From IMG/VR virus record IMGVR_UViG_3300042560_001323, positions 179,167 through 243,166 of that record: a DNA stretch of 64,000 nucleotides, one strand, 5' to 3'. This document shows positions 9,280 through 18,398 of this stretch, in pieces. A program made the translations under genes and the position numbers. The stretch's first letter is position 1. Every line of letters begins with the position of its first letter. Under the pieces are notes generated by a model. The model saw only the letters and a program-made list of their open reading frames with translations, ran no database searches and was not told where the DNA came from.

Positions 9280-11046
9280 TTAATAATTGTAATTCCAGAA
9301 ATAAGAATAGTCGTCATCTGCTGTGTGCCAAAGATTACCCTCGCTGTCTCTCTCTGCTTCCAGATAATTATCATATAATTCTGCAATTTCATTTGGGAGG
9401 GAATCTGCTGAAGATACAAATCCAAATGGAGTTGAATCATTTTCTTCTAGTTCTTTTTCGTGCTCTTCTCTTAGTTTTTTGCGGATATCGGTTTCAGTCA
9501 TTTCTTTGAAATATTCCTGAGTGCTTATCCAAGCAAATAATACAAGGCAGATTGTCAGGTCATCATTTTTACCTTCTTCTGCACTAAAACTATTATAACG
9601 AGAAACAAATGTTGTAAGTTCTCCAATAATATCCCTATCGTTAAAAATAAGTTTATCTTCTTCAATAAATGTCTTTAAGTTTAAGCAACCAGTTCTTTTT
9701 ACTGGTTTAGACATCTTAATGCCATATTTAACACCCTTACCTGCTAAATTTTGACCTGCGACTTGTCCACCTCTACCCAAAGTTTTAGTTTGAATAACAT
9801 TAGGGTAACCATATTCAGTGTGAAGAATATATGCAACCTGGGAATCATTATTCACCTCACATAAAATAAATGCATCATTATATGCACGTCCAACTGGTTC
9901 AATAACATCTGGATATCTTAAACTTGGAATATCGTTGTTTCTATATTTTGCAACTACTCTATACGGAATCTGCGTCGTGTCAAATACAACAAATGCGGAA
10001 TAATCTAATTCAACACCTTCAGCAACGTCTACGGTAATAACATAGATTTTACCTGGCATTGGTTCTTCATAAACGTCAAGAAGGTCTTGGGTTCTTATTG
10101 GCGCTTCAACTACTAAATTGGAAAGTTTAGAACCGCTAATAAGGGTATCAGATGAGCCTAAAAATTCACACTCATATTCAGCATCCCAACGGGACTGTCC
10201 AATATTGGCAATAGTCTCTTCTTTAAAGGCAACATCATACTTATCTTGCCAATAAACGCGCATAGGAACATACTTGTTTATTCGCTTCAGTGCATCATCC
10301 CACAGCTTATAGTAGTGGTTCATACCCGCCGGGGTTGAAACGATAATAACTTTAGATTCTTTACCGGAAGTAATAGTCGGATATACCGAACTCATAAATT
10401 CATCGGCAACTTGGTGAGGGACGAAAGCAAATTCGTCAAGAAAAATAATATTGTATGAGCCACCTCTGACTGATGATGCCGAAGTTGATGCGGAAAAGAT
10501 TTTAGAACCATTTTCTATTTCTAATGATGCCTTATTCCAAGAGATAACTCCCTGTTGAAGCCACTTTGGAAGATTTTCGTATCCCCTCTGTAATCTGCTA
10601 AGAAGTTCCTTTGCGGTGCTTGCCTTGTTTGCTAGAACTGCAATATTTACGTTATCATTAAAAATAGCATAATGTAGTAGAAATGCCACCACTGCGGTTG
10701 AATTATGTGAGACAATATTATTAGTATAATAAATATTTCCATTTTCAACATCAATCAAGTCATACATATTCGACTTAACAGATGTTCTTTCTACAGATAA
10801 TATTTTTTCTAAACCTTCTTTTGTTTGTATTAAATCTCCAACCTTTAAATTTTTACAATAAATTTCATTCCAATTTTCGTCATATAGTATATGATTATCC
10901 GCACAAACTAGGGATGTTTCGTTTTCTGTTACTAAAATCCATTCCTCATATTCTATAGTTTTCCCTATTCCTGAAAAAGATTGCCACCCAGATGGCGTTT
11001 CAACTTCCCATTCATCTGTTAATAGTTCTTCTATAAATTTAGCCAT
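9280..11046 (-). CDS. gp17: Terminase large subunit gp17, C-terminal part fused to split-intein IntC (first 115 aa)
   Basis: aa 1-115 end YYTNNIVSHN then STAVVAFLLH; Walker B IIFLDEFAFV, IIVSTPAGMNH, nuclease ITVDVAEG and DDLTICL. Confidence 0.95.
   Translation of the reverse strand: MAKFIEELLTDEWEVETPSGWQSFSGIGKTIEYEEWILVTENETSLVCADNHILYDENWNEIYCKNLKVGDLIQTKEGLEKILSVERTSVKSNMYDLIDVENGNIYYTNNIVSHNSTAVVAFLLHYAIFNDNVNIAVLANKASTAKELLSRLQRGYENLPKWLQQGVISWNKASLEIENGSKIFSASTSASSVRGGSYNIIFLDEFAFVPHQVADEFMSSVYPTITSGKESKVIIVSTPAGMNHYYKLWDDALKRINKYVPMRVYWQDKYDVAFKEETIANIGQSRWDAEYECEFLGSSDTLISGSKLSNLVVEAPIRTQDLLDVYEEPMPGKIYVITVDVAEGVELDYSAFVVFDTTQIPYRVVAKYRNNDIPSLRYPDVIEPVGRAYNDAFILCEVNNDSQVAYILHTEYGYPNVIQTKTLGRGGQVAGQNLAGKGVKYGIKMSKPVKRTGCLNLKTFIEEDKLIFNDRDIIGELTTFVSRYNSFSAEEGKNDDLTICLVLFAWISTQEYFKEMTETDIRKKLREEHEKELEENDSTPFGFVSSADSLPNEIAELYDNYLEAERDSEGNLWHTADDDYSYFWNYNY
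10702..11046 (-). mobile_element. C-terminal half (IntC, 115 aa) of atypically split TerL intein
   Basis: EVETPSGWQSFSGI...CADNH...LKVGD...MYDLIDV...YYTNNIVSHN|S resembles AceL/GOS-TerL and Cat IntC sequences. Confidence 0.9.
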
Positions 11047-11110
11047 TTAAAAACTCTAAGCAAGTGTTCACGATAAAATTTGGACTTTTTCTATATTCTT
11101 CTTCTTTTAT
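11039..11110 (-). pseudogene. Putative C-terminal remnant of a Vsr-like/EDxHD free-standing homing endonuclease (IKEEEYRKSPNFIVNTCLEFLNG*)
   Basis: Manual translation; resembles the C-terminal helix of Vsr-like phage endonucleases; overlaps IntC start (AATGGCTAA). Confidence 0.45.
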
Positions 11111-11290
11111 AGTAACAAAAACCAATAAAATTCAAAAACTCTATTGGGTTTCTAGACGCTTCATAGCAGATGCTAAATGATGTGAATCACCATTTAGTCT
11201 TAATTCCGCTCCACGCCAGTAATCGACGTACTCCGCCGATGAAATTTCTTTATCGGTTAGATTCCTCCAACCTTCCTTTAAAATATTAAT
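11110..11290 (-). ncRNA. Predicted omegaRNA/reRNA scaffold overlapping tnpB 3' end and right end (approximate limits)
   Basis: Known TnpB architecture; this segment is conserved in copy 2 and its distal part survives in the deleted copy at 20.9 kb. Confidence 0.5.
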
Positions 11291-12337
11291 AGAGGCATTC
11301 AAATCTCTATCGTGCTGACAACCACAAGAAAGACAAGTCCATTCCCTAACCGAAAGCTGCATCTTGTCTTCTTTATGACCACAGTTAGAACAAGTCTTAC
11401 TGGAAGGAAAGAATCGGTTAATTTTAACCAGGACTTTACCATACCAGTTGCACTTGTATTCCAACATAGAAACAAAAGTAGACCACGCCGCATCGCTAAT
11501 AGACTTCGCTAATTTATGGTTCTTCCGCATTCCAGAAACGTTCAAGTTTTCAAGAACTATCAAGTCAAAAGTGTTCACTAAAGCAGTAGACACATTATGA
11601 AGAAAGTAAGTTCTTGAATTAGTAATGAAATCGTGTACTTTAGCAACTTTAATTCGTTGCTTAATGTAGCGGTTACTACCTTTAGTTTTACGACTTAAAT
11701 GTTTCTGGGCTTTTTTTAGTTTCGCTTGGTTCTTGCGAAACCATTTAGGATTGTTAATGACTTGACCATTACTTAAAACCATCAGGTCTTTAATGCCCAA
11801 ATCAATACCTACTACCTTGCCGGTTGAGGGTATTGGATTGAGTTCTTGTTTTACCAGGATAGAAACAAAATACTTTCCTGTTGGTGTTTTAGAAACCGTG
11901 ATGATCCTGAAATCTGCATCCTCCGGGATTTCACGGTCAATAACAACTTTAATCCAACCAATTTTCTCAAGTCTTACCAGACCGTTTTCTTGGTCTAAAA
12001 CGAACTTTTGATTGGGTAATCTAAAAGACTGCCGATTAGATTTTTTCTTAAAAGAAGGTCTACCTAGTTTGATTTTACGTTTTTTATTGAAAAACTGTTT
12101 CTCAAATTCAATAAAGTCATTTCTTTTCTGTTGAAGGGTAGCGGCAGAAACTTCTTTAAGAAACTCAAATTCAGGAGTGTCTTTTAATGTCTTTTCTGTA
12201 ACTACTTCTTTTGTCTGACTATTGAAGTTCTCAACAAGTTTATTCCAAACAAACCTGCAACAGCCGAAAGTTTTCGCTAATATAACTTCTTGTTCTTTAT
12301 CTGGATAAATCCGAAACTTGTATGCTTTTAAGTGCAT
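11141..12337 (-). CDS. tnpB: RNA-guided endonuclease TnpB, copy 1
   Basis: KAYKFRIYP HTH start; RuvC VGIDLG, VLENL, DRDLNASINI all intact; CxxC...CxxC zinc finger. Confidence 0.95.
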   Translation of the reverse strand: MHLKAYKFRIYPDKEQEVILAKTFGCCRFVWNKLVENFNSQTKEVVTEKTLKDTPEFEFLKEVSAATLQQKRNDFIEFEKQFFNKKRKIKLGRPSFKKKSNRQSFRLPNQKFVLDQENGLVRLEKIGWIKVVIDREIPEDADFRIITVSKTPTGKYFVSILVKQELNPIPSTGKVVGIDLGIKDLMVLSNGQVINNPKWFRKNQAKLKKAQKHLSRKTKGSNRYIKQRIKVAKVHDFITNSRTYFLHNVSTALVNTFDLIVLENLNVSGMRKNHKLAKSISDAAWSTFVSMLEYKCNWYGKVLVKINRFFPSSKTCSNCGHKEDKMQLSVREWTCLSCGCQHDRDLNASINILKEGWRNLTDKEISSAEYVDYWRGAELRLNGDSHHLASAMKRLETQ

Positions 12338-12361
12338 TTGCTCTTTGGTTAGTCGTAATAC

Positions 12362-12369
12362 TATTTATA
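12362..12369 (-). promoter_or_regulatory. T4-type late promoter TATAAATA upstream of tnpB copy 1
   Basis: Exact consensus about 25 nt before ATG; copy 2 has CTAAATA at the equivalent position. Confidence 0.65.
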
Positions 12370-12477
12370 AAACTTAATAGTTTAAGAGGAGGAATAAATC
12401 CTCCTCAACCTGAAAAGCACGACCAACCCAGGCATCTTTATTTAGTGAAGTTTCATTTCACTTTCTCAAACTTTTTC

Positions 12478-12576
12478 TTAAGACTCGGTTTGAACGTGAA
12501 TTGAAAGAGCTTGACCACTCTTAAATTCTTTCCCACAATCAAGACACTTCGGAATCTTTCTCTCTAATTTTGCCAT
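12478..12576 (-). pseudogene. Truncated ORF with C2H2-like zinc finger start (MAKLERKIPKCLDCGKEFKSGQALSIHVQTES*), probable N-terminal remnant of homing endonuclease
   Basis: Manual translation; overlaps the end of IntN in another frame; C-x2-C-x3-F-x5-L-x2-H pattern. Confidence 0.5.
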
Positions 12577-12913
12577 AAAATTCACCCACAGTTATTTCAA
12601 GTATTTCGCCAGTTTTTTTATTTCTGACTCTTACAATTGTATTTATGTCAAAACACTTTCCAACTTGTCTAGGACATAAGACAATATTAAATCTATTTTC
12701 CTGGAACGAAGTCAACATCCTTTCTTGAAAAGGATACATATTAAAATTCTGTAACCCGTGATCGAGGGTTACAATTTTCATATATTTTTTAGAAAAATAA
12801 ACAGAATCTTCGGAACATTTGGCTAGTTCCAAGATTTGCTCTTCTGTCAAATCGACTTTAGTATTCGCTTTTTTTAGAAGCGGATTACCAAGATAGTGCT
12901 GTTCGGGCATCAA
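12539..12913 (-). CDS. gp17: Terminase large subunit gp17, N-terminal 86 aa fused to 38-aa split-intein IntN
   Basis: HYLGNPLLKKAN...MYPFQ...NRFNIVLCPRQVGK then CFDINTIVRVRNKKTGEILEITVGEFY (IntN at 12542-12655). Confidence 0.93.
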   Translation of the reverse strand: MMPEQHYLGNPLLKKANTKVDLTEEQILELAKCSEDSVYFSKKYMKIVTLDHGLQNFNMYPFQERMLTSFQENRFNIVLCPRQVGKCFDINTIVRVRNKKTGEILEITVGEFYGKIREKDSEVS

Positions 12914-12940
12914 ATGTTACAGATTAGTTCAGCATATTTA

Positions 12941-14314
12941 TTAACATTTCCATCTTCTACGGGCTGCTAGTCCTCTTGGTTTGTTCCAACTTCTTGAACG
13001 ACTGCAGAAATTTTTACGACGCTTCCAGGCTTTACTTCCCTTTTCAACATCTCCGGTTACTGGCGCCTTAAGGTTAGAACCAGTTGCACGATTGTATTTT
13101 TTTCTTCCTTTTGCTGTTAAACCGCCACCCGCTTCCACGGAAAGTTTTTCACCTCTGCCTACAGAAAGGCTAGGGCCAGCCTCTTCGAGATGATCAACTT
13201 CTTCTCCGATTGTTTTATTTTGAAGAAGATAGTTTTTTGACTTTGTATTGGGAAGCTGAATAATTGGCTGACCCACATTCTGGTTACCAACTTTATAACT
13301 TAAAACTCTTGCATCGGGATACACCTTAACAATGGCATCAGTTACTTCCTTCCTATTTGGAATCCGAACTTGGGGGAAGAAGAGTTGGCTGGTCATCATC
13401 TTTCCTCTCCAGGAGAAGAGGATCTGCATTACTTGACCATTCTGAACCGGTAGAGTTGCCTCCGATACTGGAACGCAGTTGGGGACTTCTTTCCCACCTT
13501 TTTTCTTAGTTCCAACCATCTCATAACCTTTCCAGCAGGGGTCTTTGCCTTTCATTTTTCTAGCCTCTTTAAGGCTAGCAGGAAGAACTAAATCAATAAA
13601 CTCAAATTTTGGGTTACCGAAAAGGTCAGTAACAATAGTTGATTCAGTTTGAACTTTCTCTACTTTTTTCAGTTCTGTGTAATAATTCGGTTTTTCTGCA
13701 AGATGTTGAAGTGCAATACCTTCTGCTTCTTCTTTATTGGTGGTATGCTCGCTTTCAACCTTAATGCCCATATTGAGTTGTTTTTGGATTCTCGCGGAAG
13801 ATACGCCGTGCTTGCCTGCAATATCCTCAACACTCATTACTGGCTTTGAGCCTTTTACATATCCTTTTTCCTTTTCTTTTTTATTTTCGGGACAGGGGCA
13901 TTCATCATCTTCGTTAAGTGAATTTAAAATTCTGTCTACGATTGTTGATTCCGTGCTAAATTTTGGTAATACCGATTCTTTTATTTTGTCAGTAATATCT
14001 TTTGTTAATTTACTGGTTGGAATTTTTGATTTTGCTTTGGTCCCAGCAGCAGGCCGTGAATGAGTTTCGGGGTTAATTTCAAACGATGATTCTTCTAACT
14101 CCTTACCAGTATTGAGATACTGTGCAGCATCTGTAGTAAAATCGGCTGCTCTCGTAATTTTAGATTGAATCCAGGCTGGAAGCTGTTGATTTTTACTTTT
14201 AATCTTTTTTCTTAAAATTGCAAGATTGGCTTCAATAGTATCTAATTCAACTGAAGACATATAACCTTCGGTATCATTCTTCATACCAGACTTAGCATTT
14301 TTACTTTTTGGCAT
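12941..14314 (-). CDS. Conserved cyanophage multi-motif protein between gp16 and gp17 (probable head-associated)
   Basis: MGIKVESEHT...ALQHLAEKPNYY, DPCWKGYEMVGTKKKGGKEVPNC and GGLTAKGRKKYN...RRWKC motifs. Confidence 0.7.
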   Translation of the reverse strand: MPKSKNAKSGMKNDTEGYMSSVELDTIEANLAILRKKIKSKNQQLPAWIQSKITRAADFTTDAAQYLNTGKELEESSFEINPETHSRPAAGTKAKSKIPTSKLTKDITDKIKESVLPKFSTESTIVDRILNSLNEDDECPCPENKKEKEKGYVKGSKPVMSVEDIAGKHGVSSARIQKQLNMGIKVESEHTTNKEEAEGIALQHLAEKPNYYTELKKVEKVQTESTIVTDLFGNPKFEFIDLVLPASLKEARKMKGKDPCWKGYEMVGTKKKGGKEVPNCVPVSEATLPVQNGQVMQILFSWRGKMMTSQLFFPQVRIPNRKEVTDAIVKVYPDARVLSYKVGNQNVGQPIIQLPNTKSKNYLLQNKTIGEEVDHLEEAGPSLSVGRGEKLSVEAGGGLTAKGRKKYNRATGSNLKAPVTGDVEKGSKAWKRRKNFCSRSRSWNKPRGLAARRRWKC

Positions 14315-14344
14315 TGAATTAGAAGCACAAGTTCATCTTATTAT

Positions 14345-14779
14345 TTATTCCACGACACCTTTTGGTTGTTGTCTTATAAGTTTTAATGCTTCTGCAGTTG
14401 TTCCAGTGAATACTACATTATTTGTAACAGTTGATGGACCTTTTTGAGATTTTTCTTCATTCATAACCTTCATTTTCTTCTGAAGGTCAATTAACTTGTC
14501 TGCTGCATCTGAAACGCTTTTGATAAGATGACTAACAACCTCATATCCTCTAGGTGTATCAAGTTCTTGGGCTAGGTCTAAGGCATTTGATATAGCCTCT
14601 TGACCCTTTTCAATAATCATATAGTAACTGTCTCTAGAGTATTTGTAATCTCCTTCAACATCTTCGGATACTTTTTGGATTGATTTTGGTTCTTCAACTA
14701 CTACTACTACATCCACATCAACAGGTTCTGCCAGATTGAAAGTTTCGTTTAGTTTACTGAACTTTTTAGGTCTTCCCAT
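14345..14779 (-). CDS. gp16: Terminase small subunit gp16
   Basis: DYKYSR...IEKGQEAI...PRGYEV...KLIDLQKKMK...VTNNVVFTGTT. Confidence 0.92.
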   Translation of the reverse strand: MGRPKKFSKLNETFNLAEPVDVDVVVVVEEPKSIQKVSEDVEGDYKYSRDSYYMIIEKGQEAISNALDLAQELDTPRGYEVVSHLIKSVSDAADKLIDLQKKMKVMNEEKSQKGPSTVTNNVVFTGTTAEALKLIRQQPKGVVE

Positions 14780-14790
14780 AATATCACCCC

Positions 14791-15795
14791 TTAATTTATA
14801 TCAGAATCAAAGCCAAAACTGTCGCCATAAGGAATCAGTGAATTATCAGCTATGGTAATTCGTTTAACATTTGAACCTGAAACGTGTACCATAGCTGTTG
14901 TCCCATCTTGACCTCGTTTGACTTTTAGTTTATTGTTGTCCTTGGAGTCAACTAACATTTCTTCACCATTAATATCTATGTATGAATTTACTGCAATATT
15001 AGTTGCATCTACAACTTCAATTTGTTTATCATTTGCTGAAACTTCTTTTGTTAGGGTAGTTTCAACAATTCCGGTATAATTTTGAATGGCCCTTGGTGTG
15101 CTGCTTGAAACGACATCCCTTATAGGTGAAGTAGAGAGTTCTCCTGCAACAAGACCGATAGAAACTTTTTTAATGATTTGTGAACCAAGTGAACCAGAAG
15201 AGATTGGTCCAAATATATAAGTTTTTACAGTAAACTTTAAAGTATAAATTAGTGCCCGCCTTTCTTTGAAATCTCCCTCAAAATTATCTGTCATAGTAAT
15301 GTTATCAAGAACAATATCAAGGTCCCTTTTTTCGGATATTGAATCTAAAAGTGTCGCACTAATTTTAAGATTGGGTTGAAAATATGGAATAATCTGTTCA
15401 ATAATCTGGAACATATCATCATTGTGTTTTGTCATAATGTTCAACTCAAAGTTGAGATTATAAGGTGCCGGCATACTTACCACCCTTAAGACATTGTTAT
15501 TAATGTCCTTGGCGCAAAAAGAAGTTGCCGTGGTTAATTTTCTTGTTGAATCATAAGATAAACCAATCATTTCAAAAGACATTCTCGGTAATGTAATTTG
15601 AACAGGTTTATTGAGATCGGGAACTTCTCTTAACCGAGCTAAAAATTTTTGGGTTGGAGCATATGCAAGAGGGACTTTACCCTGAAAGAAGACCTCTCCC
15701 TGATCGTTGACTTGCCTAATCATAATATTTTCAAAGAGGCTACCGAAAACTATAACAGCTTTGCGGATGGATTCGTTGTAAAAATATTCAAACAT
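14791..15795 (-). CDS. gp15: Tail terminator / sheath stabiliser gp15
   Basis: MFEYFYNESIRKAVIVFGSLF, VPLAYAPTQKFLARL, ITLPRMSFE. Confidence 0.95.
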   Translation of the reverse strand: MFEYFYNESIRKAVIVFGSLFENIMIRQVNDQGEVFFQGKVPLAYAPTQKFLARLREVPDLNKPVQITLPRMSFEMIGLSYDSTRKLTTATSFCAKDINNNVLRVVSMPAPYNLNFELNIMTKHNDDMFQIIEQIIPYFQPNLKISATLLDSISEKRDLDIVLDNITMTDNFEGDFKERRALIYTLKFTVKTYIFGPISSGSLGSQIIKKVSIGLVAGELSTSPIRDVVSSSTPRAIQNYTGIVETTLTKEVSANDKQIEVVDATNIAVNSYIDINGEEMLVDSKDNNKLKVKRGQDGTTAMVHVSGSNVKRITIADNSLIPYGDSFGFDSDIN

Positions 15796-15830
15796 AAGAA
15801 ATTGTTACCGTCCCATAGCTATTTAATGCT

Positions 15831-17210
15831 TCAGAATATTCCAAATGGATTTTTTTCTGAAAAATTAACAATCTTATCAGATTCTTCTCGAATGTCTATA
15901 TTACTAGCGTATTCATCTGTAATATTGTCACCATAACTTGAAATTGCTACTTTATATTGTGCCCCACTTTCGGTGCCCAATACGATCTCATCTTGTAAGA
16001 ATGTTCCAGTTGGATTTGCAACTTGAAGAAGTTTTGACGTGGCATCCCAGCTTCTTACTCTTGCGGTATAACCAGTTGCTGAACCTACAACAATCTCGTT
16101 ATACTTATAGGTTCCTATGCCAACAAAAATTGGACTTGAAATTAAAATGGATGGCGGTTGAGTGTAACCGTAGCCGGTATTTGATAATACAATTGTTTTA
16201 ATGCTTCCATTTTCAATAATTGCGCGTCCTTCGGCCGGAAGGGAAGCAATGCCTACAAATGATACGGTAACAATGCCAACATATCCACTTCCTCCATTAA
16301 CTATATTAATAGTCTGAATAACTCCATTTCCTATAGTTGCAATGGCACTTGCATCTTTTCCACCACCCCCATTAAAGATAACAGATGGGGCTACAGTATA
16401 ACCAAACCCCGAGTTGGTTATATTGACTGATTGAACCCTTAATTTATCTGGATTGGGTCCACAAAGATCAACAATACCTCCAATCATATCCGCAACACCT
16501 GTGGCAGTCTGCCCGATACTTGGAGCGGAGCTAAACTTTACACTAGGAGCTGAAGTGTAATCATACCCCCTATTCAACATAGTTACAAAACGCACGCCAC
16601 CATTTACAATATTTGCAGTTGCTGATGCAGATGAGCCTGCTCCAACCATAACATAAGTTTGAATAAATCCCTCATTAATAATAATATTATCAACGGTGTC
16701 AATACCAGTAGCAATAACTTCATTTTGATATCTAAATAACTCACAATTTAACTTATAAATATAAGTTTTTCCTAGTTGATAGAATGGCTGCTCGTGCTCT
16801 ACGAACTTTATCTCAAAAATTCTATCTCCAAGTGGAAAATATATTAAATCTCCTTCTTTCGGGCGAGTTGATAGCTCTACATTTGGTAATCTTTTAATGA
16901 GAGCTGAAATATAAGTTTCAAACCTATCTTTAGATATAGTCAAAGTCATATCATTCATAGGTTGAATGCCAAACTTTGTCAATAGTGTTCCCGCGCCCTC
17001 ATAACCTTCATAAGTTTCAAGATAAGCCTCTAATGGGAAGGCATTTGTAAATTCTGATTCAATAACTTCTCTGATGACTGTTTTCTTAGTCAAGTAGAAT
17101 CTGGGCAGATAAAAAACATCAATGCCGTGTATCTGAATTGCTTCATTGATTAAATCTTGAAGCAATCCTTGTTCAACTTTTGTCTCGTTATGAAAGAAGG
17201 GGTTTAACAT
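15831..17210 (-). CDS. gp14: Neck protein gp14
   Basis: MLNPFF..EQGLLQDLINE, RPKEGDLIYFPLG, FSEKNPFG. Confidence 0.95.
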   Translation of the reverse strand: MLNPFFHNETKVEQGLLQDLINEAIQIHGIDVFYLPRFYLTKKTVIREVIESEFTNAFPLEAYLETYEGYEGAGTLLTKFGIQPMNDMTLTISKDRFETYISALIKRLPNVELSTRPKEGDLIYFPLGDRIFEIKFVEHEQPFYQLGKTYIYKLNCELFRYQNEVIATGIDTVDNIIINEGFIQTYVMVGAGSSASATANIVNGGVRFVTMLNRGYDYTSAPSVKFSSAPSIGQTATGVADMIGGIVDLCGPNPDKLRVQSVNITNSGFGYTVAPSVIFNGGGGKDASAIATIGNGVIQTINIVNGGSGYVGIVTVSFVGIASLPAEGRAIIENGSIKTIVLSNTGYGYTQPPSILISSPIFVGIGTYKYNEIVVGSATGYTARVRSWDATSKLLQVANPTGTFLQDEIVLGTESGAQYKVAISSYGDNITDEYASNIDIREESDKIVNFSEKNPFGIF

Positions 17211-17213
17211 TTT

Positions 17214-18020
17214 TTACCCAATTAAATCAAATGCCGGCATTTCATAATCATAAGTCATCCTTTCCATAATAATGTCAATTTCTTTTTGGGCATCATCATA
17301 GATTTGGCGACCATTAAACTCGACTCCTCCTGGCAATTTTATTCCTTGATATTTTATCAAATTATTACCCCATTGCCGCTTAATAATGGCCGTGGCATAC
17401 CGTTTGATGAAAGAATCATTCCAAACTTTTGAAGATTCTGTTGGATCCATTGCCCGGTAACAATCAAGAACAATATAATTTCCAACTTGAACATCTGACC
17501 AATTAATATCAAGATAAAGTTTATCGCCTCTTTTATTAAACCGAACCATTTTTTCTGGTGTTAAAATCCAGTCAATATCCTCAAGATACCGCTGAACCAT
17601 TGTATAGGAGAGCAATTCCATTGACCCCCAATAATATAAATCATTGAGGAATAGTTGATATTTAATATTGAAAAGACCGCTGGATAGAGTGCTACCCATT
17701 GAGAAGTTAAAAATCTTATTGATTCCAATAATGTGTGGTGGAACCTTAATATAGTTTGCTGTTTCTGTAAAATTATAACCATCTATTGAAGTGGATGCAA
17801 ACCCAACTCCACCCTTCGCCCTATCAATATCTTCTTGTTTTATTTGATATTTAAGAAATGCTTGAATAGTTCCATCAAAATGCCGCTCATAAAATAGTTG
17901 CAGGGCATCATCAATTAAATCGTCAAGTTGCTCTTCAGCAATTTCAATGTTGATTACTGGTGCTCCAAGTTTGCGGAGGCAATAATCAATTAGTTCTTGG
18001 CGGGATGATGGTTGTGCCAT
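17214..18020 (-). CDS. gp13: Neck protein gp13
   Basis: SRQELIDYCLRKLGAPV, KRQWGNNLIKYQGIKLPGGVEFNG. Confidence 0.95.
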   Translation of the reverse strand: MAQPSSRQELIDYCLRKLGAPVINIEIAEEQLDDLIDDALQLFYERHFDGTIQAFLKYQIKQEDIDRAKGGVGFASTSIDGYNFTETANYIKVPPHIIGINKIFNFSMGSTLSSGLFNIKYQLFLNDLYYWGSMELLSYTMVQRYLEDIDWILTPEKMVRFNKRGDKLYLDINWSDVQVGNYIVLDCYRAMDPTESSKVWNDSFIKRYATAIIKRQWGNNLIKYQGIKLPGGVEFNGRQIYDDAQKEIDIIMERMTYDYEMPAFDLIG

Positions 18021-18170
18021 TAGATTTTAGAAAGAACTTCTTGTTGTTTTAAGTAAAGTTTAATATAAGATTTGGACATATTTTTCAATGTCTCAATATC
18101 ATTAATACTATCTATATCTCTAGAAAGTTTTTCATATTCAAAAAGTTTATTCACATCATTTAAAATAATT

Positions 18171-18398
18171 TTATCGGGTTGCATTAAGTAGCTCCAGTAG
18201 TAACGATTTAACTTGATTAATTTCTTCTTTTATTGTATCTAAATTCCTCTCTAAATCTTCAACTTTATTTTGTTCTTTTTGCTTTGCTAACGCCATTGTT
18301 AAATATTCTTCATAACCGCTTTTATTCGTATTTAGTATGGCATTTGTGTTCATATCCCTGATTAAATCTGGGTGACCTTCAATTTTAGATTGCTTCAA
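18171..18398 (-). CDS. Conserved cyanophage hypothetical protein
   Basis: IEGHPDLIRD..TNAILN motif; coiled-coil C-terminus. Confidence 0.75.
   Translation of the reverse strand: MKQSKIEGHPDLIRDMNTNAILNTNKSGYEEYLTMALAKQKEQNKVEDLERNLDTIKEEINQVKSLLLELLNATR

Larger units (their letters stand above)
11110..12448 (-). mobile_element. TnpB-only IS200/IS605-superfamily element, copy 1 (about 1.34 kb)
   Basis: Ends defined by identity with copy 2: TCACTAAATAAAGATGCCTGG at left and TTTTATTGGTTTTTGTTACTA at right (minus strand). Confidence 0.85.

Noticed and set aside
12400-12440. Leader peptide upstream of tnpB (ATGCCTGG...)
   Set aside because: The reading frame is not conserved between copies because of an indel; conservation is at the RNA/DNA level.
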